The position numbers were made by a program, and so were the translations under genes. DNA of 64,000 bases from Octopus sinensis (lineage: Eukaryota), in the NCBI RefSeq assembly GCF_006345805.1, contig NC_042997.1, forward strand, positions 48,174,001 through 48,238,000. The letters are read 5' to 3'. Below the pieces are notes generated by a model. The model searched no databases and had not been told where the DNA came from. It worked only from the letters and a program-made list of their open reading frames with translations. Positions 1 to 11,899 of the stretch are shown here, piece after piece (the stretch's first letter is position 1; each line of letters opens with the position of its first letter).

Positions 1-2396
1 CTTTTCAGCATACTGTTCACTCTGCACAATTTTATTTATTTGTGTGTATGTGTGTGTTTTTGTGTGTGTGCATGATACCAGGTCTAACCAGTCATGTTAA
101 CTCTCTGTTCATCTCTTACTCCCCTCATTCCATTTCTTTTTGTTGTTGTATATTTACACGTGATTTCCAATTTGTGTAATCTTCCCCATATGCTACGCCT
201 AGTTTTCCTCTGTATCTTTTATTCGTTCTCCGCCCATTTTGTTTCCTCATAACTTTTCGTGAAATTTGCTATAAATATGTTTGGACTTTGTTTCCTCAGA
301 CATTTTTTGATGATTTAATTTAATTATTTTGAAATAACAATTACCCACCTGATTCTTGTTGTTTCTAGCATACTAAACGACCACGTATATGATAGGATAC
401 ATTTGAGGGATTTTAAAAACAAGAGTGAAGAACGTTATGATAAAATAATGAAAGAAATGTACATTTACTAATTAGTGTTAGCAATCTTCTCTTCTTGTAC
501 AAAGATTTCTATCGGAGAATTATGGAGAAAAGTCGAATAGTCTATGGTACTACATCATTAACAGGAAGTAAGTCGATAGTTTCTAAATCCTTGAAAAAAT
601 ATGTATGAAGATTGCTTTTAAGATGAATGTATCAATAAAAATTTCCTAGTGTCTTGTCTAAAACGAAAGACATGCATTTCAACAATTTCGAGCTGTGGAC
701 TCTCTAACATGTTGTTTACTGTTTCCATCACTTCTCTTACACGGCTTCTTGTTTTAACAACCTTAGTATTATCTGTAAATGCTAGAAAATCAAGCAATCA
801 TTGTATAATAATCTTTATAGAAGAATTCTACCCCTATTTGAACTGTCATTATTTCCTTAAAATTTCGGTCGACTAATATAGTTGACGTTAACACATTAGA
901 GGGTTCTGAAATTTTAATACCCACTGAGGAAGTTTTTGTGTCATAATCACGGGGGTAATTTGAGTAAATCGATTACTTTCCAGATTCCTAATTACATATG
1001 TGACGCCATTCTATATTACATAGTCAGAAAACTATTCTGAGATATTTACTATCAGCCTTATAGTCGATGTACATCAATAACATGAATATGAACGTAGGTG
1101 CCATGATTCACCTCTGCGGATATTGAAGGTCATTGTATAAGTGACGAAGCTAAGATTGGCATGCACAGTTGAGTTCAGCTACACTCCAAAACATATCTTA
1201 TGCAGCTATCAGAAGGAACTGGCGAAAGACGACCAGTTACAGTCACCTTTTGGCATCTTACATTGCAACAACGCCAAAAAGTAACAAAAATAGATTGAAA
1301 TATAATTAAAATGAACATTGCTCCTTTTTATTCTTTTGATACTCTTTCATTTCATATCTAATTAAAAGAAATATTTATTCTCAAGATATTTAGATTCGTA
1401 ATGGTTCAGTTTAAAATAAACTTTAATAATGATGCAATAGTGAAACGTTTTTATTAACTCACATATAGACTTATACAAACATATCATTTCAAAGGAAATT
1501 GTTTTTAAAACGTTTAAAACGTTTTATGGCAAAACAATTTAAAATATAAATAAATATATCTATTTATGAACAATTAATTACCTAATTAATTAAGAATTAA
1601 AGTAGCTTATTGTACAACTTCTAATTTATCGATTGTAAACATTGACAAAAATGTAAGTATAAGCAGGAAGTAACAAAAACACAATTGATTTAAAATGAAC
1701 TCTTGCAAATAGGTTAGAATTAGATTTCAGAATTATACACTTATAGAATTGACATCAATTTATACATTTAATAACACACGGAAACTGTTGTATGGAATTT
1801 TCAGAGAATATTATGACGTGCCAAATATTTCGACGCACAATTGTGATATAGTGACTGACAATTTCCCCAACCTATGTTGAAAATAAGTTTCTTGTGAGAT
1901 TATATAAACCTAAGGCTTTTTCGTAAGTTTTCTTTTCTTCCTCACTCTCCTTCCCGCTTCCTCCACTTCTCTCTCTTAACTTTATCTCCTTAGGCATATT
2001 GGTCTTCCACTCCAATGAATCCGGTTTGTGGTGGATTCGTTGGATATATCTATTTTATAATACAACCTCTATATAGAGCTTATTTCCTCGAGGAACTTCC
2101 AAAAATTTTCTTAGTGATTTTTACGTAGCATTTACAAACGTTCTAATATCAATTGACAATATTTTGGAACGCGTAGATAGAAGCTGCGAGAGTACTGAAC
2201 AAATAAATCAGAAATTGGTGGTTCGAATCATGCTAACAGTTCTACACTTTCAACAAGCGCAATTCACCTAATTGTAGTTAGTTGGATTGCGTCCTTTGAA
2301 AGTTTAGAACCGGTAACACGTTACGAACCACCAAGACCTTATTTGGTTGTTCAGTACGGACTGTTACAAAGATTGACCGACACAGGTAGCGGCATT

Positions 2397-2449
2397 CCTG
2401 GTGTTGCAAAATTAATTTTGCCTGATGATGTTACCGAAAGGTCAGTAAC
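2397..2449 (+). ncRNA. Incomplete or permuted type III hammerhead ribozyme motif
   Basis: CCUGGUG-UU (GUU triplet, 2403-2405), perfect stem I GCAAAA-UUAA-UUUUGC, CUGAUGA (2422-2428), stem II GUUACC-GAAA-GGU(CAGU)AAC. The GAAA/stem III 3' strand is absent downstream, but degenerate copies lie upstream. Confidence 0.5.
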
Positions 2450-3221
2450 AGTTCGCTGTCACTCACCACACGACAAAAATCCAATAGAGCTTATAAAATG
2501 ATGACTTGGTACTTCTGATCAGGAGACAGGCTGATATTCTAAAAAAAGGAACTAAAGAAGTGAGGAAAGAAGAATAGTGGGAAGGGAAGAATGGAAGAAG
2601 GGATCAAGGGATGACAGAATGGAGAAAACAAAGAAGGAAGAGATTGGAGTAAAGAAGAAAAGAAGGAAACTTGTTAGAAAGAAAGACAGGCGAACGCAAT
2701 GACTACGTATAGCTTTCAAGAAGACAGAGTATTATTCTGAAAAACGAGAACATAAATTATGTGACTACGTTTCGTTGCTGTCGTTGCTTTATCTATTTAT
2801 TTACTTATTTATTTATTTACTTATTTATTTATTTATTTACCACGGAATAAAGACGCTGCGGTACATAGCAGATTGCTGATTTTTATTGAATTGGATCAGT
2901 GTCGTGTTATGTAAGGATTGCTGAACACACATACATCGAACTCACCCGATGATTTCTATTGGAATATTTTCTTCGCCGCACCCCTCCCCCCCAATCTATA
3001 TCACCTGATTTAATACGCATGCTTTAATACACATGCACACTACGTCCTTTTATGGCTAAATTACATCCGATCGACGCGTTGCGCGATTTAGTGAAATGGA
3101 ATAAGAAGAACGCCAGCTGCTGTCCACCAATTCCAATGGTATAAATAATATTAAGTTAGGAGATGATAGAGAGACACGCAAAAATCTTGTTTAGCGTCAC
3201 ATATTTCCAATTAAATCAATT

Positions 3222-3301
<80 letters not shown>

Positions 3302-3590
3302 ACAACATAATAAATAAAATATATGCATATATACATACATATATGTACATACTTACATCTACATGTATATATACAAGCATATATATATATATATCTATCT
3401 ATCTATCTATATATATATATATGAGTACAGGAGACCACAAATAAACGTAGAACACAACGAGAAACGAAAACATAAAATCAAACAAGCAAACGGACTTTTT
3501 TTAACAACGAAAAAACAGAGTACAGGACAAACACTACAAGGAAAATTCCCCTTCATCAGCTGCCACTGGTTCGACTCAATGCGTGTTTCG

Positions 3591-3636
<46 letters not shown>

Positions 3637-3999
3637 GTGCGTATGTGTGTATATGTGTATATATATACATACACTAGAGATATAAATCACACACACATAC
3701 ACATGTACATGCACGTAGACAGTCAGGTAAGGTTACGAACAAGAGACGTGGTACTTGGTAGTTGCAACAGAGTTTATTCCTTTCAACAAAAAAGCTAATG
3801 ATTCATTAGCTTTATACACCTATTATTCTACACTTATTCAGTTTCTTTCTTATTCCGTCGGCGTTCGTCAGAAAATGGAGAATTATATCTGTGCGCGAGT
3901 GCGTGCAAGTGTGTTTGAGTATGTGCGTGTGTGCCAGTATATATATACAGATAGATGAGAAAAAAATAAATAGATAGGTAGATGTATAAAAAAATAATA

Positions 4000-4240
4000 A
4001 ATGCGCCCTTTTAAAGCCTAGCCAGGCTCATGGGCCCGATTTCCCGGTTCAATGGCGTATGTGTTCCTCAGCTGGACGGGACGCCAGTCCATCGCAGCGT
4101 TACTCATTTTTGCCAGCTGAGTGGGCTGGAGCAATGTGAAATGAAGTGTGTTGCTCAAGAACACAACGCATCCAGGTATCGAAACAACAATCTTATGATC
4201 ATGATGCTGACACCCTAACCACTAAGCCACGCGCCTCCAC
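4000..4240 (-). mobile_element. tRNA-derived SINE (family C/D)
   Basis: Minus-strand head GGAGGCGCGTGGCTTAGTGGTTAGG (A-box), GTTTCGATACC (B-box), body GATGGACTGGCGTCCCGTCCAG. Confidence 0.82.
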
Positions 4241-4553
4241 AGATATATGTATGCACACATAGAAACGTTCGTACCAACATATATACCTACAAACATGAAC
4301 ACATCCATACACCCGAACGCACGTATACACATGCATAATTACATAAATAGATAGATAGATAGATAGATAGATACATACATACATACATACATACATACAC
4401 ATACATACATACATACATACATACATACATACACACACATACATACATACATACACACACATACATACATACATACATACATACACATACATACATACAT
4501 ACACACACATACATACATACATACATACATACATACATTCATACATACATATT

Positions 4554-5180
4554 ATGTACTACCTCCTTATGCGACACGATGCTGTCTCAAAAACAATATG
4601 CAATGCCATCAGGAAAAATGACTGTCCCGGAATAAATATTGAGACTCCCCCTGTTACGGAATACGTACGCAGACAACAACACAAAGAAGACTGGTGGAAC
4701 ATTTCCAGCAAAACATCCGTCAAGTGTAGACATAGCAGACGGAATATTGTTGCTTTGGACAGACAAGAAAGAGTATTGACCGTCATAAAGATGAGCTCTC
4801 CTGCTGATGAGAATATCACTTTGGAAATCAAAGAGAAACCGAATGGCTACGGGCAACGGCTTCGAAGACTCCGCCTTCTCTATTCAGATTTCAAAATTAC
4901 ATTTATTCCAATAATAATTGGTGCATTTGTTTTGTAGGTATATGCCAAACTGATAGTCTGGATAAGCTTGTGGTTTTCAGTCAAAGGAATCTACCAACTA
5001 ACTAACTCTTACGCTACAAATGCAGTCTTTTAGTGGAACAGTAAGAATATGCAAGACTTTGCTCAAGTTTAAAATATGACTGTTTTCATTAGCTACATTC
5101 CAACGAAGGAGCTTTGTATCTTTGTTAGAAATCAGCTCCTTCTTTGCCGGAATAATTTGAATAATTAAATGCAGAGGAGA
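4554..5180 (+). mobile_element. 3' fragment of a non-LTR retrotransposon with restriction-like endonuclease (RLE; R2/R4/NeSL group), family X
   Basis: YYLLMRHDAVSK...WWNIS...HSRRNIVALDR...IKMSSPADENI...EK..YG...FIPIIIGA, then LQMQSFSGTVRICKTLLKFKI* (stop at 5077-5079). Flanked by (TACA)n. Confidence 0.8.
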
Positions 5181-6690
5181 ACATGCATACGTGCATACAT
5201 ACATACATACATACATACATACATACATACATACAGTATTCAAGTGAGAGAGTGTGTGAGATAGATGAGAAAAAATAGATATATATATATGTATGCATAC
5301 ATAGAAACGTTCGTACCAACATACATACCTACAAACATGCACACATTCATACACCCTAACGCATTGTATACACATGCGTAAATACATACATACATACATA
5401 ATACAATGTACTACCTCCCTATGCGAGAGAGTGTGTGCGTGTATGTATGAGACAGTGAGAGAGAGATAGAGAGAGAGAGAGAGCATTATAGATATAGATA
5501 TTAATGTGTGTATGTATGCATGTATGTATATTTTCAAAGAAGCAGAAACCATAATAGTAACGATAGAAGAAAGAGATGATTCAGACTAGGCAATCTGATG
5601 TTTAATTGGCCGCATACTGCTGATGTTGATGTAGTAGATAATAATGTTTGCTACAGGAAGAATTGAACAGCATTTCATTTGGCCTGGAGGTACTCGGTGA
5701 AGGTCGCAATACTATTATCTATAGATTTCATGAAAGGAGGCAGAGTGCTGGTCTTGAGTGGATATCTAAACCTAGCTTGCACTTTCAGGAGAGGATAGAC
5801 TGCAGTAGCAACAGCAGTAACACAGAAATGTGAAGAAGCGTTGCATTTGGGGATTTAATGGTTGCATACTGCTGAAGTTGATCCTTTGATAATCAATTGG
5901 ATATCTTCATACAAGAAGGAAAACATTGTGGTTGAGTCTTTGCCAATTTGCTGGATCAGTGAAGACATATATATACTGTGAAATATCTATGAAGTATATC
6001 TATATAAGGTCATTGGAATATAAGACTCGATTTTTAATTGAAACCGAACGAAGAAATTGATCAAATGAAAGAAAGCAGAACATAAAAGTATGCCCACGTG
6101 CTAAAATGGTTTCGCTTCCCTCTGTAGTTAAGATTTTCGTCAATGTTTAATCTTCCAGATTTAATAGCATAGCTTTGTAGTCGCTTGATAATCAAAATTT
6201 TAATTTCTTCAAAATATGAAAGTATTAAAAAATATTTTATTCTGCCGCAAGGGCAACTAAGAAACAAATATAAACAAACATAATGTAAGGTGGTATGCAC
6301 ATGTATATAAGTGTGTATTTTTTAGTGTTAATGTGTTTAATGCGAAAACTAATGACATTCTTTTGATAAATTAATGAGTTGGTGAGCAGTCGATAGTTTG
6401 TGCCTTAACGTATAATTGGATATTATATAATCAATCAGCAAATAAGATGCCAGATGGATTCAATGCTTTATATGCGATCTATGTATTGTAAAACAGAAAG
6501 TTCAGCTTTCTGTCGTGTTTCGAAAGTATTCCTAAGTTTCTAAACCTCAGAAATTGAATAAGATTTAAGGATATACAATCGACTGCTCGAAGTATGTATG
6601 GTCTCAGTTAATTAGGGAGAAAGATACAGAGAAAAATATACACATACCTACATACATACATACATACATACATTCATACATACATACATA

Positions 6691-6759
<69 letters not shown>

Positions 6760-6884
6760 ATGTGTATTGTTAATTGCCATTGTTATTTTATTGTTTACTC
6801 GATATTTGTGTTAAATCCCACGCGTCCCTAGTTTTGTATTGTCCCAATTTCGGCCTTTGTGGGCAATAAGGAAACGATTATCAT

Positions 6885-7280
6885 TATTATCATAGACGTC
6901 GCACAGTATACAATATCGTGAGGTTGTTGACTGAAGATGTTGTGTCTACCGAGGGTTTGTACTGTTTGTCAAGTCACAACAAGGACCTCAGACAGAGAGT
7001 ACTTTACGCAATATGCATGCAGTTCTAACTAATGCCGACTTTTGCAATACACCTAGATTGTAGGGTATTTCTGAAGTTTTCAGGTGTTTTGTTTTTTTTC
7101 AGATTGGGTGGTATGGAACCCAATGCTCCGATGACAATACGGATAACTTTTATGCTTGGCTCTCTTAGCTGCCACATCTTAGCGATCTCCATTCTTAGGT
7201 CTCTATATTTATCAACATTTTCTCTTTCTTTCATGATGATATGTTGATCTCCTGGACTGTCACGTCAATTATTAGTAATG
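6885..7280 (-). mobile_element. RLE LINE 3' fragment (R4/Dong-like) between TAA-type repeats
   Basis: ERENVDKYRDLRMEIAKMWQL...VIGALGSIP...GTACILRKVLSV*, followed by a short 3' UTR ending in ATGATAATAATGATAAT. The 5' side abuts (AAG)n/(AAT)n. Confidence 0.78.
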
Positions 7281-7294
7281 CTTGTTTGTTCCTC

Positions 7295-7334
7295 TTCTTC
7301 TTCTTCTTCTTCTCTTCTTCTTCTTCTTCTTCTT

Positions 7335-7365
<31 letters not shown>

Positions 7366-7377
7366 TTATTATTATTA

Positions 7378-7424
<47 letters not shown>

Positions 7425-7425
7425 T
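7295..7425. repeat. (TTC)n(TTA)n microsatellite
   Basis: Direct inspection. Confidence 0.95.
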
Positions 7426-7931
7426 CATATACACTCAACAGATTGAAAATACTGAGATTCAAGCAGTAATTATACACGTACAAACTTAAAAAAAAAACAC
7501 ACTGACATATACATATATACAGCCGTAAATACATATATATTTGTGTATATATATGTGTATATATATATTTTGCTTTTATATATGCGTGTGTGTTTGCATA
7601 TATTTCACTTTTTTCATTTGATTTTTAAGATTCTTCATGTGAATTCGTGTGTTGAGGCATATTTTATTGTGTCTGGGGAGAGTTATTCTCTTTTAGTGCC
7701 TTCTTAATTAACACACTCACCGATTCGATTTCCACTCATTTACTTTTATATTTTTGTTCGAAGCAAATGAGCGGAAATCGAACCGGTGAGTGTGTTAATT
7801 AATAAACAGAATGACTCTCTCCAGACAATATAATATATGTGTGCGTGTATATGTGCGTGTGTTTGTACATATATATACATGCCTATCTATACATACATGT
7901 ATATATGTACACACACACACACACGTACACA

Positions 7932-8000
<69 letters not shown>

Positions 8001-9332
8001 AGCAATATTCCAAATGATGAGGTCATAATTTCCTCCAATTCTAACTAATGCTCTAATGGAGTCAGTACCAGAAAGAGTGAGAGAGAGAGAGAGAGAGAGA
8101 GTGGGAAAGAGAGAGAGAGAGAGAGTGGGAAAGAGGAAAGGAAGGGCAGAATGGCATGTGTGCTTTGTGTGTAATATGTAAGGACGGAGAAAAGTAAGCA
8201 GTAACATGTAAGAAGGTATGAATCAATAAAACTGTATATTTTGTAAAAGTGAATATGAAAACATCTTAAACACACACAGATGTACACAGAGGAAACACAC
8301 ACTCACACACACACATACACATACGCACACGAAGACACACATACACATGCATACATACGTATACATATCCATACACAGACTCACTCACAGACAGTGTACA
8401 AATACATATTTGACATGAATTTCTGGATGTTTTCTATTAGCTACCGCTTCTTTCGACAGGAACGATATTCGACCCTGGTGTCGAACTAAGATTTGATATA
8501 TTTGTAAGAGAAGCAAGCATAGATGTTGCTGTTTTGTAGCTTTTAAACCAAAATAGGTCTTAAATCGATTATGTCGGAAATACACACATTTACCCACATA
8601 CACACATACACACACAAACATACATATACACATATGCAAACATGTACACAAACATATGTACATACATATAGAACAGGTATACACAGGTACACGAATATAC
8701 ACGCACAAGATCGGTGTTACTATTTCCATGTAAATATTGCATATCTACATTTACATACCTATAAAACAATTACAAGAAACTTCAAAGCTTTTTTTTCCTG
8801 TTATATAGCTCTTATCTGAATATATTGAAATATATGTACGTTTGGGTTGTTTGACTGTGTGTATGTATATATAAACACACTTCCAATATTAATATAAATA
8901 TGTGTGTCAGTGTTCAGTGTCGTCTTATGATAGGGGTATTGTGAGCTGTTGTACAGAGCCGTCATGAATCTAGGGACACAATCCTGATCACTTTATGTTT
9001 GAATTTGCTGTCATTTATATGCATTAGTTCCCACTGATGAGCCCATAATGTTAGAAATGGGACTCTACCTGCGAGAAATAAAAATGTGCTAAGTTGAAAA
9101 CTACATAAAACTTTACATGGATTGTATCTTGGTCCTAGTCTTGGGAAGTCGCATTTCCGGTTTCTATCTCATGGAATCAGAAATTTTGCAAATTTGAACA
9201 ACATTCAGTGGGGCCTTCTAATAAGGGGAAAAAAACAACTAAGAAACCTCAACGACAAGTATTGAATATTCTTCTTGCATCGTTCGTCTTAATCGTAAAA
9301 TCGTTCCATATGTATGTGCATGAGTGTGTGTA

Positions 9333-9377
<45 letters not shown>

Positions 9378-9424
9378 GTGTGTGTGTGTGTGTGAGTGTG
9401 TGTATTTGTGTGTGTGTATGCACG

Positions 9425-9595
9425 TGCAGGCGAAGCTGTGTGGTAAAACGTTTGCTTCCCAGCCAGATGGTTCCTTGTTCAGTCCCACTGCGTGGCACCT
9501 TGTCTTCTTGAGTGAATTTGGTAGACAGAAGCTGAAATAACCCTGTTTCCAATACATACATGTTTGTATATATGTATGTGTGTGTGTGTGTGTGT

Positions 9596-9647
<52 letters not shown>

Positions 9648-9870
9648 TGTGTGTGTGTGCGTGTGTGTGTGATTGTCCTTCCGCTATTGCTTGACAAATG
9701 ATGCTGGTGGGTTTATGTCCCCTGTAACTTAGCGGTTCGGCGTTATAGACGGATAGAATAAATATTAATCTTACAAAATAAGTTCTGGGGTCGATTTCTT
9801 CGATTAAAACCAGTCAAGGCGGTGCTCTAGCATGGCCGCAGTCAAATGACTGAAACAAGTAAAAGAATGA
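9425..9870 (+). mobile_element. SINE family A, diverged
   Basis: Head with GTTCAGTCCCACTGCGTGGCACC, internal (TG)n, tail TGACTGAAACAAGTAAAAGA. Confidence 0.8.
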
Positions 9871-10132
9871 ATATATATATATATATGCATGTATGTATGT
9901 GCATGTGTGTGTGTTTATATTTGTGTACATGGGAATATGTGAATATATATATATACATATATATATAAGTAGGTGAATGAATTATCCTATGTTTATCGTC
10001 AGCATGGAAAATTCGTTTAATCGAAACCTGGGTAGCAAATTCACGTCAGAAAACACGGTTGAAGCGTAGAAACTCCGGGTTCATGTGTAGAAATTTATAT
10101 ATCCATATATTCATATATATATATATATATAT

Positions 10133-10532
10133 CTTTTACTCTTTTACTTGTTTCAGTCATTTGACTGCGGCCATGCTGGAGCACCGCCTTTTTAATCGAG
10201 CAACTCGACCCCGGGACTTATTCTTTTGTAAGCCCAGTACTTATTCTATCGTTCTCTTTTGCCGAACCGCTAAGTAACAGGGACATAAACACACCAGCAT
10301 CGTTTGTCAAGCAATGCTAGGGGGACAAACACACACACACGCATACATATATATATATATATATACATATATACGACGGGCTTCTTTCAGTTTCCATCTA
10401 CCAAATCCACTCACAAGGCTTTGGTCGGCCCGAGGCTATAGTAGAAGACACTTGCCCAAGGTGCCACGTAGTGGGACTGAACCTGGAACCATGTGGTTGG
10501 TAAACAAGCTACTTACCACACAGCCACTCCTG
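10133..10532 (-). mobile_element. SINE family A
   Basis: Reverse complement of the family A consensus, from tail CTTTTACTCTTTTACTTG to head CACAGCCACTCC. Confidence 0.88.
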
Positions 10533-10859
10533 ATATATATATATATATATATATCTTTTGTTACTAGTTCTTTCTGTTCGTAAGGTTCCGTCCTACGTGT
10601 TTGTGGTGCTCCTTCCATTTTACTCCCCTAATATCCATCACGTCAGTGATATCACTTACATCTCTGATGCACCCAGATAACTAATACCGTAGAACATAAA
10701 TCCTCGAACATCAAAACGCGCCGTGACCGCGCTTATACTCTGGTTTCCGTGGCGAATGAGATGACATCCAGTTCCGCTGGTCCTTCGTCCATTCACACAC
10801 ACACACACACACACATGTACGTATAAACATATCTTCATCAGGATATAGTCCTGATATTT

Positions 10860-11170
10860 GGTTTCCTTTTGCTGTTGAGGAAAATCAATTGTGTCCTCTC
10901 ATGGTCCATTAATTTCGACCTCAATGGCTGTTTTTGTATTCCTGGAGAGCAAGAAGATATCTGGTCGTTGTAATATAACCGCTTTTTCCTTTGGGAAGAT
11001 AAATCTACACTTCAGATCCACTTACATCTCCCAATGTGCGGCTGAATACAAAATAGCATACAGGTTCCTTACCATTAAAATGTATCGTTCTTTATTTACT
11101 CATACAACACTGTTCAATATTAAAATAATCAGGACAAAGAGGTTTGAAATCATGCTTCCATCGTTCAAAT
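10860..11170 (-). mobile_element. Decayed RLE LINE fragment
   Basis: Minus strand reads AVILQRPDIFLLSRNTKTAIEVEINGP*EDTIDFPQQQKETKYQD, i.e. the RPD..E..K..KY nuclease motif. Confidence 0.62.
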
Positions 11171-11774
11171 TATTGTTTACATTTGCCGAAGCCATAGGTT
11201 ATATACACCTCTCTCTCATTCTCCCCACTCTCTCACTCTTCCCACTCTCTCACTCATTCACATACACACGCACACATGTAGATATCTATGCACATGCGTA
11301 TCTTCATATGTATATATATATATATATATAGGCATATATGGATATATGCGCTTTTGTGCATTTGCACTTCCGAATGTGTTCCGAATGCATTTCCTTCTTC
11401 ATATGTGTGTGTGAGAGTGTTTGTGTGTGTGTGAGAGAGTGCTTGTGTGTGTCTGTGTGTGTCTGTGTGTGTGTGTGCGTGTGCTTGTGTATATGGGTGG
11501 ATGTGTATATTTGTATGCATCTATGCATATATGTGAATAGTATTTGTTTAATCCGGTCCAAGAGGCAATGGTATGACCTGGGGGGGCCAGTGTGATTGAC
11601 ATGGTGAATATTCTTTCTCCTTGTACAGTTGCATGTTGACGGCTGTCGGTAACTTAGTCAGGGAGAGATTCCCCGAGGGGCTGATCTGATGCGAGAAGGA
11701 AGTATCTGGGAGATGGATTATGTAGAACACGCGACGCGCGCGTGTTGATTTATATATAAATATATATATATATA

Positions 11775-11824
<50 letters not shown>

Positions 11825-11867
11825 GCATATCCATATATAAGCACACATATATATGTGTATATATTTA

Positions 11868-11899
<32 letters not shown>

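Noticed and set aside
250-1130. Coding-like minus-strand stretch (tested by eye as protocadherin, LRR protein or Penelope RT)
   Set aside because: Many stops and frameshifts, and no diagnostic motif could be aligned convincingly. It needs a translated HMM search.
4200-4240. tRNA genes at the SINE heads
   Set aside because: A/B boxes are present, but no cloverleaf closes and each head continues into a SINE body.
9035-9070. CUGAUGA-GCCCAU...AUGGG hammerhead half
   Set aside because: Stem II is present, but no GAAA or stem III follows and no matching strand is nearby.
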